In this document: positions 27,099 to 37,967 of the stretch, one piece after another
Position numbering within the stretch: position 1 is the first letter of the stretch
How the letters are laid out: every line of letters begins with the position of its first letter
Assembly (NCBI GenBank): GCA_963517285.1
Contig: CAUQDN010000001.1
Location: forward strand, 108,205 to 172,204
Source: an uncultured Candidatus Saccharibacteria bacterium
GTDB lineage: Bacteria; Patescibacteriota; Saccharimonadia; Saccharimonadales; Saccharimonadaceae
Direction of reading: 5' to 3'
Length of the DNA: 64,000 bases
The notes under the pieces: generated by a model
What the model was told of the DNA's origin: nothing
Databases searched by the model: none
What the model saw: only the letters and a program-made list of their open reading frames with translations
Translations under genes and position numbers: made by a program

Positions 27099-29603
27099 CG
27101 CTTCTCGAACCGCTGGACCGTCGGTCTCAAGAAGACTAACAATGCCTTCAAGCTCTGTGTAGCCGATCTTAATATTACGAGCTAATGCAACTTCCGCTTC
27201 AAGTGGGGTAAAGAATGTTTTGAATTCATCTTTCTGCTTACTGGTCACAAGTGAGCTTGCGATGTAGCGAGGAAGCATATCGTAGTGCGAATCGCCCTTA
27301 AAGGTTTTAGCAATCCAGTCCCAATTGTCACGGGTCCATTGCCATGTCATTTCGCGACCGTAGCGGTTACGAAGTAGCCAGACAAACCAGTGAATGAAAT
27401 CTTGAGCCCTGATGAATGAAGTATCTTTAAGCAATCCGATTAATTTCTCAATAACAGCAGGGTTCTTCGTTGAAGTCAGAGCGGATGCAATATCGTCACG
27501 AAGCTCACTGTTGATTTCTTTTGGATAGGCGGCAAGAAGCGTCTCGACAACATTCTCTGCTGTTTCGTGGCGAACGGTGTAGGCCATGATGGTTGTACGA
27601 AGCTCAGGGTCGAGCGTATCGAGTGAGCCGGCTGCGTAGCGACGTTTCGCTTCTTCAATTGAAGCGGGGAGCTCAGAGTAGAGTGACAAGCTAATAATCG
27701 TGCTTCGTAGCTTCGTATCATTTTCATCTTCACCCGCTTGTGAGTCCCAACCGAGACGGTTGTACTGCATAGTGATCACTTCGCCAACAAGTGCTTTAAG
27801 CTTCTTTTCGGCAATTTCATCGTCTTCAATAAACCGCTTCAATTCATTAATAGCAAGCGCGACAATACTCCACACCGATTCGTTTGTTTCATTTTTGAAG
27901 TAGTGAAGTAATGGAATGATTGCGGCTGTTGATTGCAAACCGGCTTTTGCTAAGAGAACCTGTTCATGAAGGAAGTTGAGCTTATCGACGGATGACAACG
28001 TGTCGATATTTTGAATAATATCCGCCAACAACGCATCACTATAATGAGTAATATAGTGTGCAGTGCCACCATTATTCAGTCTAAACGGCTGACTATCGTT
28101 ATATTCAAAGGAAAGTTCTTTGCCTTGGAGGGTTTCTGGGATTTGAGCCGAAACGCCATGGAGCGGCACAGGCCATGATCGGTTTTGGTCTTTATGTGGG
28201 CCAATAAAGAACTGCTTTTGAGAAAGCGTAATGGTTGAACCATTTTTATCGGCGGAAATTACTGGAAAACCAGGTTGGGTCATCCAGGCGCTCATGAACC
28301 CTGAAATATCCTTACCAGAAGTGGCGGCAAGCTCTTGCCACAGGTCGTCAGCCCCAGTATTGGTGTATTTGTGCTTCTCAAAATAACGCTTAAGGCCTTG
28401 CTTCATTGCCTCGTCGCCAACGTAAGCTTGAAGCATCCGTAGAAGCCGTCCACCTTTCGCGTATACAATCGATGGGTCGAAAATAGTGCTAATTTCATCG
28501 GGGTGATTTACGTCGACTTGAATTGATTGTACGCCATCAAGGCTGTCGCGACGCAGCGCACTAATAACGTCGGCGGTGGCGAAGTCGAGCCATACACTCC
28601 AAGACGGTTCGAGAGTATCGATAGCAACGTATTCCATCATGTCAGCAAAACTTTCGTTCAGCCAAAGATCGTTCCACCACTTCATTGTTACAAGGTTGCC
28701 AAACCATTGGTGGCTTAATTCATGGGCAATCACCGTTGCAACGTAATGCTTAGTTGAAAGGGTTGTGGTTTTTGGATCAACTAACAAGGCGATTTCACGG
28801 TAGGTAATAAGTCCCCAGTTTTCCATCGCGCCGGCTGAAAAGTCCGGAAGTGCAACGTGGTCCGACTTTGGAAGCGGGTAAGGAACGCCAAAATAGTCGT
28901 TAAAGAAGTCGATTGTACGCGTTGCAATACCAAGCGCAAAATCGAGGTTAGATGCATCGTGGGCTTTGGTTGACCAAATAGAAACTTCGACGCCACTCTT
29001 TGATTGTGCGGTTTTCTTTTGCAAATCACCGGCCACCCATGCTACTAAGTAGCTACTCATGCGTGGAGTTGTTTCAAAACGAGTAATGAGTTGATCGTTT
29101 TCTTCCGTTTGCGAAGCGACCGGCATGTTACCGAGGACGGTAATGTCTTTTTCGGTAGTTAGTGTGACATCAAACGTAGCCTTTGCTTCTGGTTCATCAA
29201 TACACGGGAACGCACGACGAGCGTAGTGGCTTTCAAATTGAGTGGCTAAAAGTTCTTCTTTTGTACCGTCAACCTCAAAGTAGCAGGGGTATATGCCGTT
29301 CATGTCATCGGTAATAGTGCCCGTGAAGCCAACAACGACAACATGCTTACCCTCGACAATATCAGAGTGGCTAATCACGAGCTCGTCATTTGGTCCATCG
29401 GCAAAGGTAGCTTCCTTGCCGTCGAAAGTGACAGAAGAGATTATTAGGTCTTTGCTATGAAGACGAATTTCTTTAGTAGCCTCAGTAACTGCTCCGTGAA
29501 TTGTTACAGTCCCTTCAAAGGTTCGCTCGGTTCGGTGAAGCGTAATAGATAGATCATAATGTTCTGGTACAAATAAAGTGACGAGTCGAGATACAGATTC
29601 CAT
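27081..29603 (-). CDS. pepN: M1-family alanyl aminopeptidase
   Basis: GAMENWG, HELSHQWFGNLVT...WLNES. Confidence 0.95.
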   Translation of the reverse strand: MESVSRLVTLFVPEHYDLSITLHRTERTFEGTVTIHGAVTEATKEIRLHSKDLIISSVTFDGKEATFADGPNDELVISHSDIVEGKHVVVVGFTGTITDDMNGIYPCYFEVDGTKEELLATQFESHYARRAFPCIDEPEAKATFDVTLTTEKDITVLGNMPVASQTEENDQLITRFETTPRMSSYLVAWVAGDLQKKTAQSKSGVEVSIWSTKAHDASNLDFALGIATRTIDFFNDYFGVPYPLPKSDHVALPDFSAGAMENWGLITYREIALLVDPKTTTLSTKHYVATVIAHELSHQWFGNLVTMKWWNDLWLNESFADMMEYVAIDTLEPSWSVWLDFATADVISALRRDSLDGVQSIQVDVNHPDEISTIFDPSIVYAKGGRLLRMLQAYVGDEAMKQGLKRYFEKHKYTNTGADDLWQELAATSGKDISGFMSAWMTQPGFPVISADKNGSTITLSQKQFFIGPHKDQNRSWPVPLHGVSAQIPETLQGKELSFEYNDSQPFRLNNGGTAHYITHYSDALLADIIQNIDTLSSVDKLNFLHEQVLLAKAGLQSTAAIIPLLHYFKNETNESVWSIVALAINELKRFIEDDEIAEKKLKALVGEVITMQYNRLGWDSQAGEDENDTKLRSTIISLSLYSELPASIEEAKRRYAAGSLDTLDPELRTTIMAYTVRHETAENVVETLLAAYPKEINSELRDDIASALTSTKNPAVIEKLIGLLKDTSFIRAQDFIHWFVWLLRNRYGREMTWQWTRDNWDWIAKTFKGDSHYDMLPRYIASSLVTSKQKDEFKTFFTPLEAEVALARNIKIGYTELEGIVSLLETDGPAVREALRNLD

Positions 29604-29648
29604 ATCTATATTGTAGCAAAGTTAAGGATTGGCTGGCATAGTAGAGCT

Positions 29649-30353
29649 ATGAGAAGAAGACGCGCAGTCGTGGTTTTTATCCTCAGTACAATCGGACTGA
29701 TTCTTTTAGGTGGTGCATTCCCCTCAATGATACGAGAGAGTTTACCGGTTCATGAGCAGCAATGGAATCAAAATGCGCCTAACGAGCAGGTGGCCGGGCT
29801 TTCCGATGCACTCGAAGGCTTAAATAGGCTAGAAATAAAAGGGCGAGCACCAAAGACTGGTTATGAACGATCGCAGTTTGGCGATGGCTGGGCGAAGGTA
29901 AACGGCTGTACGACCCGCGAAATTATTCTCTATCGTGACTTGACTAATACGGTGCTCGACGGTGCATGTAAAATTATCTCCGGGACCCTGCTCGACCCTT
30001 ATACTGGTGAAAAGATTGAGTTTTCAAAAGAAAGAAGTAGCGAAGTGCAAATTGATCATGTTATTGCATTGTCCGATGCGTGGCAAAAAGGCGCTCAGCT
30101 TCTTTCTGATGAGCGCAGAGTACAGCTAGCGAACGACCCGCTCGAGCTCATTGCAGTTTCAGGGGCAGAGAATCAGGCGAAAAGCGATGGTGATGCGGCA
30201 ACATGGCTCCCTAAAAATAAGTCCTTTCGATGCGAGTACATAGCACGACAAATTGCTGTTAAATTGAAGTACTCGTTATGGGTGACTCAAGCAGAGTATG
30301 ATGCGATGAAAAGTGTCCTAAATAATTGTCCTGGTCAAACACTTGTGCAATAA
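29649..30353 (+). CDS. Secreted HNH-type nuclease (DUF1524-like)
   Basis: Signal/TM helix; GYERSQFG, DPYTG, QIDHVIALSDAW, ANDP.EL..V....N..K.D. Confidence 0.85.
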   Translation: MRRRRAVVVFILSTIGLILLGGAFPSMIRESLPVHEQQWNQNAPNEQVAGLSDALEGLNRLEIKGRAPKTGYERSQFGDGWAKVNGCTTREIILYRDLTNTVLDGACKIISGTLLDPYTGEKIEFSKERSSEVQIDHVIALSDAWQKGAQLLSDERRVQLANDPLELIAVSGAENQAKSDGDAATWLPKNKSFRCEYIARQIAVKLKYSLWVTQAEYDAMKSVLNNCPGQTLVQ

Positions 30354-30403
30354 GAAGAATAAAAGTAGTGCATTAATAGTGGTTATGTTAAAATTTAAAC
30401 ACT

Positions 30404-31738
30404 ATGAAGCGCATCGAACGTTCTTATCATGTGCACTCTGGCTTTACTATTGTTGAGCTACTCGTAATAATCGTGATTATTGCCATCTTGGCAACCCTGT
30501 CTATTGTTGGATATAACAACGTGCGTACCTCTGCGATACGTGAAACACTTCGGTCTGACGTACAAGAAGCGGCTTCGCAACTCGAAAAAGAACGGCAAAA
30601 GATCGGTTCGTATCCAGCGAATTCTGCCACGGTCAATTCAGGAAAAGGCCTTATAGCCAGTGCGGGCAACAATATCGAGTACATTAAAATTTCAGACAAA
30701 GCTTACTGTGTCATGGTATCTTCAGACGATAATGCTATCGAACCTGTCTATCAGGTGAGCGGCAATACTAAAGTACAAAATGGTCCGTGCCCCGTGACGG
30801 TAGCTAATACGGGTAACGTCAAGAACTTTGTTGGCAGCACGTCGGCTGGGTTTGCAAATGGTACGGGAACTGCCGCTCAGTTTAATACAGAACTCGGCAG
30901 TATTGCAGTCGACGATACGGGTACGATTTACGTAGCCGATAAACTAAACAATCGAATTCGTAGCGTCACAAAAGAGGGCGTTGTGAGTACCTTTGCTGGT
31001 TCTGGCGTGGCGGGAAACGCAGATGGTACAGGTACGGCTGCGCAGTTTAATGGCCCTTGTGGCATAGCGGTTGATGGTAAGGGATTTGTTTATGTAAGCG
31101 ACACGAACTCAAGTCGTATTCGTAAGATTACTCCAAAGGGTGTAGTAACGACATTAGCGGGTGGAACATCTTCGGGGTATGCTGAAGGACAGGGTACGAC
31201 GGCTCGATTCTCCTCTCCGTGCGGATTAGTGGCCGAAAGTAGCGGCGTTCTCTATGTCGCCGACTCTAACAATAACCGTATTCGTAAAATTACTACCTCG
31301 GGTATTGTAAGTACTATTGCTGGATCAAGCACTTCTGGGACGACAGATGCTACCGGCGCTTCTGCACAGTTCAATTATCCATTTGGTATAGCCCGTGATA
31401 ATAGCGGCGTTCTGTATGTGACCGATAGAAATAGTAATCGCATTCGCAAAATATCGACTTCAGTGGCGGTAACAACAATTGCGAGCACCGGATTTAATAG
31501 CCCACGGGGTATTGCCGTTAATGCACTCGGTGTAGTGTACGTCGCAGATGCTGGTAATAATCAGGTAAAAACCATCTCGTCGACAGGTACGGTAACTGTG
31601 TTGGCTGGCTCAGGGTCGGCTGGTGCGGCAGAAGGTGTGGGTACAGCGGCTCAGTTTAATACTCCAAGCGGCGTTACAGTTGATCGTAATGGCGTCGTCT
31701 ACGCGACGAGCTCTAGTATGATTCGCAAGGTTGAATAA
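30404..31738 (+). CDS. Type IV pilin-like protein with NHL-repeat beta-propeller
   Basis: G|FTIVELLVIIVIIAILA prepilin motif; about 6 repeats of A.F..P.GIAVD..G.LYVAD..N.RIRKI. Confidence 0.9.
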   Translation: MKRIERSYHVHSGFTIVELLVIIVIIAILATLSIVGYNNVRTSAIRETLRSDVQEAASQLEKERQKIGSYPANSATVNSGKGLIASAGNNIEYIKISDKAYCVMVSSDDNAIEPVYQVSGNTKVQNGPCPVTVANTGNVKNFVGSTSAGFANGTGTAAQFNTELGSIAVDDTGTIYVADKLNNRIRSVTKEGVVSTFAGSGVAGNADGTGTAAQFNGPCGIAVDGKGFVYVSDTNSSRIRKITPKGVVTTLAGGTSSGYAEGQGTTARFSSPCGLVAESSGVLYVADSNNNRIRKITTSGIVSTIAGSSTSGTTDATGASAQFNYPFGIARDNSGVLYVTDRNSNRIRKISTSVAVTTIASTGFNSPRGIAVNALGVVYVADAGNNQVKTISSTGTVTVLAGSGSAGAAEGVGTAAQFNTPSGVTVDRNGVVYATSSSMIRKVE

Positions 31739-31771
31739 ACGCTAAATATTGTGTGCGTCTTTACTGCGTGG

Positions 31772-31814
31772 TATAATAACGACAGTACATTCCGGCCAGC
31801 AGGTCGGATTTTTT
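31772..31814 (+). promoter_or_regulatory. nusA promoter (-10 TATAAT) followed by a terminator-like attenuator hairpin in the leader
   Basis: TGgTATAAT (-10 at 31772-31777); TCCGGCC-agca-GGTCGGA-TTTTTT at 31791-31814, before ATG 31853. Confidence 0.6.
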
Positions 31815-31852
31815 ACTAGAAAAGCCCAATTAATGATGAAAGGATTATAAAA

Positions 31853-32992
31853 ATGGATGAACTAAATCTCAAGCAACTCACTCTTGCCGTTCGTACTATT
31901 GCCGATGAGAAGAACCTCCCCGAAGAGGCGGTACTTTCTGTCATTGAGCAAGCTATCGCTGCTGCTTGGCGCCGCGACAATGGGGAGCGCGACCAAGAAG
32001 TTCGTGCAGAACTTAATACCGCTGACGGAACAGCAACAGTCTATGTTGCGCGTGAAGTTGTTGAAGTAGTAGGAAGCGATGCACACGAAATCAGCCTCGA
32101 AGATGCTCGCAAAGTGAAAGCAGACGCTGAACTCGGTGATCTTATCGAAGAAAAGCACGAAGTAAGTAGCTTTGGCCGCGTGGCCGCACAAACTGCTAAA
32201 CAGGTTGTGCTACAACGCCTCCGTGAAGCAGAGCGTGAGGTTGTCCTAGCTGAATACGAAGACAAGATTGGTACAGTTGTTACTGGTACGGTACAGCGTG
32301 TCGAGCCACGTGTCGTTCGTGTTGAAATCGGTAAGGCTGCCGGAATTATCCCTCAAAGCGAACAAATTCAAGGTGAGTTCTATAACGTCGGAAGCCGTAT
32401 CAAGGTATTTATTAAGGATATCGAACGCGAAAACCGTGGCCCACAGCTTATCTTGAGTCGTGGTAACGAAGCCTTTGTGGAATATCTCTTCCGCCAAGAG
32501 GTACCAGAGCTTGAAACCGGTGCTGTAGAGATTAAGGCAATTGCTCGTGAAGCTGGTCGCCGTACAAAGCTTGCAGTTCTCAGCGCTGTTCCGGGTGTTG
32601 ATCCAGTTGGTACGTTTGTTGGTGGTCATGGTACTCGTGTCCAGGCTGTGATGAACGAAATTGGTGATCAAGAAAAAATCGACATCGTTACCTACGATAC
32701 GGATGTTGAGCAATTTATAAAGAACGCGCTCAGCCCAGCAGAAGTTGTAAAGGTAGAGATTAACGAAGCGGACAAGCGTGCGAAGGTATTCGTAAGCGAA
32801 GATCAACAATCGATCGCAATTGGCCGTGGTGGTCAAAACGTTCGTTTGGCGAGCCGCCTTACTGGGTACGAGCTCGATATCGAGCAAGCAACCGCTGAAA
32901 CTGCTCCTAAGCCAGCCGAAAAGCCTAAGAAGAACATTGAAGATAGTCTTCTTAACGCAGTTGAAGAAGCAACCGAAGAAACTTCAAACTAG
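31853..32992 (+). CDS. nusA: Transcription termination/antitermination factor NusA
   Basis: FGRVAAQTAKQV, S1 and KH domains, AREAG.RTK, AIGRGGQNVRLAS. Confidence 0.97.
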   Translation: MDELNLKQLTLAVRTIADEKNLPEEAVLSVIEQAIAAAWRRDNGERDQEVRAELNTADGTATVYVAREVVEVVGSDAHEISLEDARKVKADAELGDLIEEKHEVSSFGRVAAQTAKQVVLQRLREAEREVVLAEYEDKIGTVVTGTVQRVEPRVVRVEIGKAAGIIPQSEQIQGEFYNVGSRIKVFIKDIERENRGPQLILSRGNEAFVEYLFRQEVPELETGAVEIKAIAREAGRRTKLAVLSAVPGVDPVGTFVGGHGTRVQAVMNEIGDQEKIDIVTYDTDVEQFIKNALSPAEVVKVEINEADKRAKVFVSEDQQSIAIGRGGQNVRLASRLTGYELDIEQATAETAPKPAEKPKKNIEDSLLNAVEEATEETSN

Positions 32993-33012
32993 TTTCTAAG
33001 AAAAAATATAAA

Positions 33013-33039
33013 TTAGCACTCTATTGCATGGAGTGCTAA
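33013..33039. promoter_or_regulatory. CIRCE operator (HrcA site) overlapping the clpC promoter
   Basis: Exact TTAGCACTC-N9-GAGTGCTAA; TTGCAT within the spacer and TGcTATACT (-10 at 33046-33051). Confidence 0.93.
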
Positions 33040-33118
33040 TTTTGCTATACTAGGTATATGGATAGGTAAGAGAAATTGTCTCTTGCGCTTCACCCGTTGG
33101 AGGATAGATAATAGATAT

Positions 33119-35599
33119 ATGTCTGATGATTTTGCTGAATTCATTTCACACTTGACCGACAACGCTCGGACAAGTCTTCATCACGCAACACTTATTGCTC
33201 AAGGCTACGGCAGTTCATACGTAGGTACAGAGCACCTACTCTTAGGTGTTATGGCACAAGGTGCTTCTGTAGGGGCAAAAATACTTGCTGATGCTGGCGT
33301 CACGCTTGATAAAGCGCAGGCAGCGCTGAGTGCTGTACCAATTACCGGTAACTTTACTGCTGGTATTATGACGAAAAGCCTAAGCGAGACGGCTAAGTTA
33401 ACATTAAAAATGAGTTGGGACGTCGCTCAAGAATTTCGCCAAGATTACCTTGGTACTGAGCACATTCTCTATAGTATCTTGTCGCAAAAGAATGCCCGCG
33501 CGACAGTACTACTCCGTGATATGAATGTTGATATCCCAGAAATTCTTTCAGAACTGGAAGACTATCTTGATCGCAATAGTGACGGTAATTCTGGTATGAC
33601 AGAAGAAATGCAAAACCCAACCAAGCCAACCCGCGAGCGTGGCATGCTCGGTGTGTTTGGTGTTGACCTTACGGCAAAAGCGAAAGCCGGCAAGCTTGAC
33701 CCAGTTATCGGCCGCAAAGAACAGGAAGAACGGCTTGTTACTATTCTTAGTCGTCGTACAAAAAATAACCCTGTGCTGATTGGTGAACCTGGTGTTGGTA
33801 AGACGGCGATCGTAGAAGGTTTAGCGCAACGCATCGCGAGTGAAGATGTTCCTGAGCACCTACTTGATAAGCGTATTGTCCAACTCGATCTTGCGGGTAT
33901 GATTGCCGGTACGAAGTATCGTGGTGAATTTGAAGAGCGCCTAAAGAAGGTAGTTAGTGAGCTGCAAGAACAAAAGAACGTCATTGTCTTTATCGACGAG
34001 CTTCACTTGCTTGTCGGCGCTGGTGCAGCTGAAGGAGCCCTCGATGCCGCTAATATGCTTAAACCTGCACTTGCTCGTGGTGAAATGCGCCTTATCGGTG
34101 CAACGACACTTGAAGAATACCGAAAGCACATCGAAAAAGACACCGCCCTTGAACGCCGCCTCCAGTCTATTATTGTGCCAGAGCCAAAAGTAAAGGACAC
34201 AATTGCCATTCTTAAGGGCTTAAAGCCATATTACGAAAAGCACCACGGTGTTGCGATTAGTGACGAAGTCATTGAAGACGCTGTCTACATGGCAGATAGG
34301 TATGTAAGCGAACGTTTCATGCCCGACAAGGCCATTGACGTTATTGACGAAGCAGCTGCCCGGGTACGGGTTAAGACGGGTCACAAGCCAAGCAAGGTGC
34401 GTGATTATGTTAAGCAGCTGAAAAACCTCAATGAAAAAATGGAAGAAGCTGTTGCGGCAGAAGAGTACGAACGCGCTGCGTTATATAAAACACGCATCAG
34501 CCAGTTGAATGAAAAGCTTGAAGAATCTCGCGAAGAATACGAGAAAAAGACCCCGGTTCAGTTGACCGACGATGATATTGCCCAGGCAATTGCTCAAATG
34601 ACAGGTATTCCTGTGAAGCGTGTTCAAAAATCAGAAGCTCGAATGCTTCGTACGCTCGAGAAACACCTCGGTAAATACGTGATTGGTCAAGAAGAGGCGG
34701 TCGAGAAGGTGGCGCGTGCAATCCGTCGAAGCCGAAGTGGAGTAGCAAGCAATAAGCGTCCAATTGGTTCGTTTGTGTTTATGGGTCCAACTGGTGTTGG
34801 TAAGACCGAGCTCGCTCGAGTGCTAGCGCGCGAAGTCTTTGGAAGTGACGATGCGCTCATCAAAATCGACATGAGTGAGTTTAGTGAGCGTCACAACACC
34901 AGTCGATTACTTGGTGCACCCGCTGGGTATGTTGGGTATGAGGACGGTGGTCAACTGACCGATAAGATCCGTCGGCAGCCATATAGCGTTGTGCTCTTTG
35001 ATGAAATAGAGAAGGCCAATAGCGAAGTATTTAACTTACTCCTCCAACTGCTTGAAGATGGTAAAATTACCGACGCCAAGGGTCGTTCGGTTGACTTCAC
35101 CAACACAATCATCATTCTTACAAGTAACCTTGGCGCTGAACAAATGCAAAAAGAATCAAGTCTTGGGTTTAAGGCTATTACGCGAAAAGACGAAAAGCAG
35201 CTTGAGGAGGCGCACGCCGAAAACGCAGCAGCTGCTATGCAGGCGCTCCAGCGGATGATGCGCCCAGAGCTCATTAACCGTTTTGACGCAATTGTAACCT
35301 TCCGGGCACTGACGCGTAAGCAAGTCAGTAAGATTTTCTACACTCTACTCGATGAACTGCAAGAACGTTTGGTACGAAAGGGGATCCACCTTGTCGTTGC
35401 AAGCTCTGCAAAACGCCTTATTATAAATGAGGGATACGATGAAAAGTATGGCGCTCGTCCACTACGCCGAGCGATGCAGGATTTACTCGAGCATGAAATT
35501 GCCGACGGCATCTTAAGCGGCGAATACGAAAAAGGAACAGTGCTGAAGGCGACCGCCCAAAAAGGAAAAATTCACCTAAATGTCGAACACGAGAACTAA
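33119..35599 (+). CDS. clpC: ATP-dependent Clp protease ATPase subunit ClpC
   Basis: Clp N repeats (GTEHLLL), [11 protein letters not shown]-type M domain, GPTGVGKT; start placed at ATG 33119. Confidence 0.93.
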   Translation: MSDDFAEFISHLTDNARTSLHHATLIAQGYGSSYVGTEHLLLGVMAQGASVGAKILADAGVTLDKAQAALSAVPITGNFTAGIMTKSLSETAKLTLKMSWDVAQEFRQDYLGTEHILYSILSQKNARATVLLRDMNVDIPEILSELEDYLDRNSDGNSGMTEEMQNPTKPTRERGMLGVFGVDLTAKAKAGKLDPVIGRKEQEERLVTILSRRTKNNPVLIGEPGVGKTAIVEGLAQRIASEDVPEHLLDKRIVQLDLAGMIAGTKYRGEFEERLKKVVSELQEQKNVIVFIDELHLLVGAGAAEGALDAANMLKPALARGEMRLIGATTLEEYRKHIEKDTALERRLQSIIVPEPKVKDTIAILKGLKPYYEKHHGVAISDEVIEDAVYMADRYVSERFMPDKAIDVIDEAAARVRVKTGHKPSKVRDYVKQLKNLNEKMEEAVAAEEYERAALYKTRISQLNEKLEESREEYEKKTPVQLTDDDIAQAIAQMTGIPVKRVQKSEARMLRTLEKHLGKYVIGQEEAVEKVARAIRRSRSGVASNKRPIGSFVFMGPTGVGKTELARVLAREVFGSDDALIKIDMSEFSERHNTSRLLGAPAGYVGYEDGGQLTDKIRRQPYSVVLFDEIEKANSEVFNLLLQLLEDGKITDAKGRSVDFTNTIIILTSNLGAEQMQKESSLGFKAITRKDEKQLEEAHAENAAAAMQALQRMMRPELINRFDAIVTFRALTRKQVSKIFYTLLDELQERLVRKGIHLVVASSAKRLIINEGYDEKYGARPLRRAMQDLLEHEIADGILSGEYEKGTVLKATAQKGKIHLNVEHEN

Positions 35600-36581
35600 C
35601 CGAACCGGCTCAATCGTAGCGTTCATTCTAAGTGGACTACTGCTTGCGATTGCGTCGGCTCTGTTCTTGAACCGTCAAGCGGTGCTCGATCGACTTACGG
35701 TATGGTCGTTCGAGCCGTCTTCGGCAGTTGCTTCGATTGAGAAAAACGTTAACTTTACCGATAAAGGTAAATTCATTTTCTATGCAACAAAACCCTCTCT
35801 AGAAAAGCAGGATGATTTTAATAAAAAATGTCCACGACAAGAGGCAGGAAATCCAATCTTGGGTTGTTACACTGCAACCGACCAAATTTATATTTACGAT
35901 CTAACAAACGAGCAACTTGCTGGTATGGAAGAAGTAACTGCCGCACATGAAATGCTGCACGCGGCATGGTTTCGTACCAGTAAAGAAGACCAAGAAAAGT
36001 TAAAAATAGAACTTGAAGCAGCATACGAAAAATTGAACGATGATGAGCTCACTAAGAGGATGGCGTATTATCAACGGACTGAGCCCGGGGAGTATATCAA
36101 CGAGCTTCACTCAATTTTAGGAACAGAAATTGCGTCTCTCGGTGAGCCCCTCGAATCATACTATGCGCAGTTCTTTGATCGGGCGACGGTATTAAAGCTG
36201 CACGGCCAATATAATGATTTGTATAAAACACTGTATACGCGTGCCGATGACCTTTATGCGAAACTCGAGTCGTTATCATCTTCAATTCAAACTCGCATGA
36301 AAGAGTACGAAGCAGCCGTGAATCAGTATAGTGCTGATGTTGACTCGTTTAATAACCGTGCCGATAACGGTGGATTTACAACAATGAATCAGTTTTATAA
36401 TGAACGCGCCAGTCTTATTGCACGGTCAAACACGCTTGAATCTGCTCGGCAATCAATTAATACCGATATCAACACCTACAACGCTTACTATGCAGAGTAT
36501 GAAGATATCGCAAAACAAATAGAAATTCTAAATAAGAGTATCGACAGCTTCAATCAAATTGATGAAGCGCCGTCGGTATAG
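35580..36581 (+). CDS. Membrane-anchored putative zinc metallopeptidase with C-terminal coiled coil
   Basis: N-terminal TM; VTAAHEMLHAAW (HExxH) and downstream NELHS; heptad-rich C-terminus. Confidence 0.65.
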   Translation: MSNTRTNRTGSIVAFILSGLLLAIASALFLNRQAVLDRLTVWSFEPSSAVASIEKNVNFTDKGKFIFYATKPSLEKQDDFNKKCPRQEAGNPILGCYTATDQIYIYDLTNEQLAGMEEVTAAHEMLHAAWFRTSKEDQEKLKIELEAAYEKLNDDELTKRMAYYQRTEPGEYINELHSILGTEIASLGEPLESYYAQFFDRATVLKLHGQYNDLYKTLYTRADDLYAKLESLSSSIQTRMKEYEAAVNQYSADVDSFNNRADNGGFTTMNQFYNERASLIARSNTLESARQSINTDINTYNAYYAEYEDIAKQIEILNKSIDSFNQIDEAPSV

Positions 36582-36604
36582 CGAATGGTATACTTAAAAG
36601 AGAT

Positions 36605-37960
36605 ATGGCGAAGTTAAAGACGCAGTTTATATGCCAGCAATGCGGCACATCTTACAGCAAGTGGATGGGACGATGTGAGAATTGTGGGGAATGGAATACT
36701 CTTGTTGAGCAAGAGGCGGTTTCGACTGCTCAATCGTCAGTAGCTAAAGCCGGTCAGAGTGGTAAAAAACTAGCCGTCCAGCCGATTAAGTCTGCTAAAG
36801 CAGACAAAGGCGCTGCTCGCATTACGAGCGGGATTGATGATCTTGATGTTGTACTTGGCGGTGGTATGGTTCCGGGGTCTGTCACACTTTTGGCGGGTCA
36901 GCCGGGTATTGGTAAGAGTACCTTACTTTTGCAACTTGCAGCTAACGTAGCAAAGGGCGAGTCGGTACTTTATATCAGCGGTGAAGAGTCCGCACATCAA
37001 GTTGCGCTGCGAGCATCACGGCTTGGTGCTAATAATTCAGAAAAGCTTGATTTTGCGGCATCAACCAGCGCTAATGACATCGCCGCTACTATCGCAGACG
37101 GAAGCTATTCATTGGTGATTGTTGACTCAATTCAAACTATGTCAGTTGACGAGATGACAAGCGCACCTGGGACGGTGAGCCAAATTACCAATAGTAGTAA
37201 CGTACTGATTAGAGCTGCTAAATCTGCCGGCTCGGCCGTTATTTTAGTTGGTCATGTTACGAAAGAAGGAAGTATTGCTGGCCCTAAGGTACTCGAACAC
37301 TTAGTTGACGTGGTGCTTCAATTTGAGGGTGACCGTTATGGTGGATTTAAAGTGGTGCGTGCGGCAAAAAACCGCTTTGGTTCTACGAGTGAGGCGGCGA
37401 TCTTTGAGATGTACGAGCAAGGTCTGCGTGTCGTTGAAAATCCATCAGCTGCACTGCTTGCTGAGCGTCAATCGGCGGACGGTTCGGTTGTATTAGCGAC
37501 ACTTGAAGGGACAAGGCCGCTACTCGTCGAAATCCAAGCCCTTGTTAATCCAACTAGTTTCGGGTATCCTAAGCGTACTGCAAGCGGGTTTGATTTAAAC
37601 CGTCTCAACCTACTCATTGCTGTGCTCGAACGACGCACAAAATTGAATTTATCAGACAAAGACATTTACATAAATGTCGTTGGCGGGTTGAAACTTGTAG
37701 ACCAGGCGGCTGACCTCGCGATTTGTATGGCTATCGCCAGTGCTGCAGCTGGTAAACGTATCGATGACGAAACGGTTGTGTTTGGCGAGGTGGGGCTTGG
37801 CGGAGAGATTCGTTCGGTCATTGGTATGGAGAAGCGTATCGCAGAAGCGAAAAAGCTCGGTTTTAAACGAGCAGTCGCTCCTAAGCAGCTACAAAAAAAT
37901 GAATTTATCACGCCGGTAGGTGACGTGCGCGCTGCACTCATCGACTACCTCCGGCAATAA
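36605..37960 (+). CDS. radA: DNA repair protein RadA/Sms
   Basis: C4 zinc finger, GQPGIGKST, KNRFG, Lon-like C-terminus. Confidence 0.97.
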   Translation: MAKLKTQFICQQCGTSYSKWMGRCENCGEWNTLVEQEAVSTAQSSVAKAGQSGKKLAVQPIKSAKADKGAARITSGIDDLDVVLGGGMVPGSVTLLAGQPGIGKSTLLLQLAANVAKGESVLYISGEESAHQVALRASRLGANNSEKLDFAASTSANDIAATIADGSYSLVIVDSIQTMSVDEMTSAPGTVSQITNSSNVLIRAAKSAGSAVILVGHVTKEGSIAGPKVLEHLVDVVLQFEGDRYGGFKVVRAAKNRFGSTSEAAIFEMYEQGLRVVENPSAALLAERQSADGSVVLATLEGTRPLLVEIQALVNPTSFGYPKRTASGFDLNRLNLLIAVLERRTKLNLSDKDIYINVVGGLKLVDQAADLAICMAIASAAAGKRIDDETVVFGEVGLGGEIRSVIGMEKRIAEAKKLGFKRAVAPKQLQKNEFITPVGDVRAALIDYLRQ

Positions 37961-37967
37961 GGAGAAT

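Noticed and set aside
30820..31700. Repeated DNA blocks (e.g. GCTCAGTTTAAT) as a CRISPR array or DGR repeat
   Set aside because: Degenerate in-frame NHL protein repeats; no fixed repeat-spacer pattern, cas gene or reverse transcriptase.
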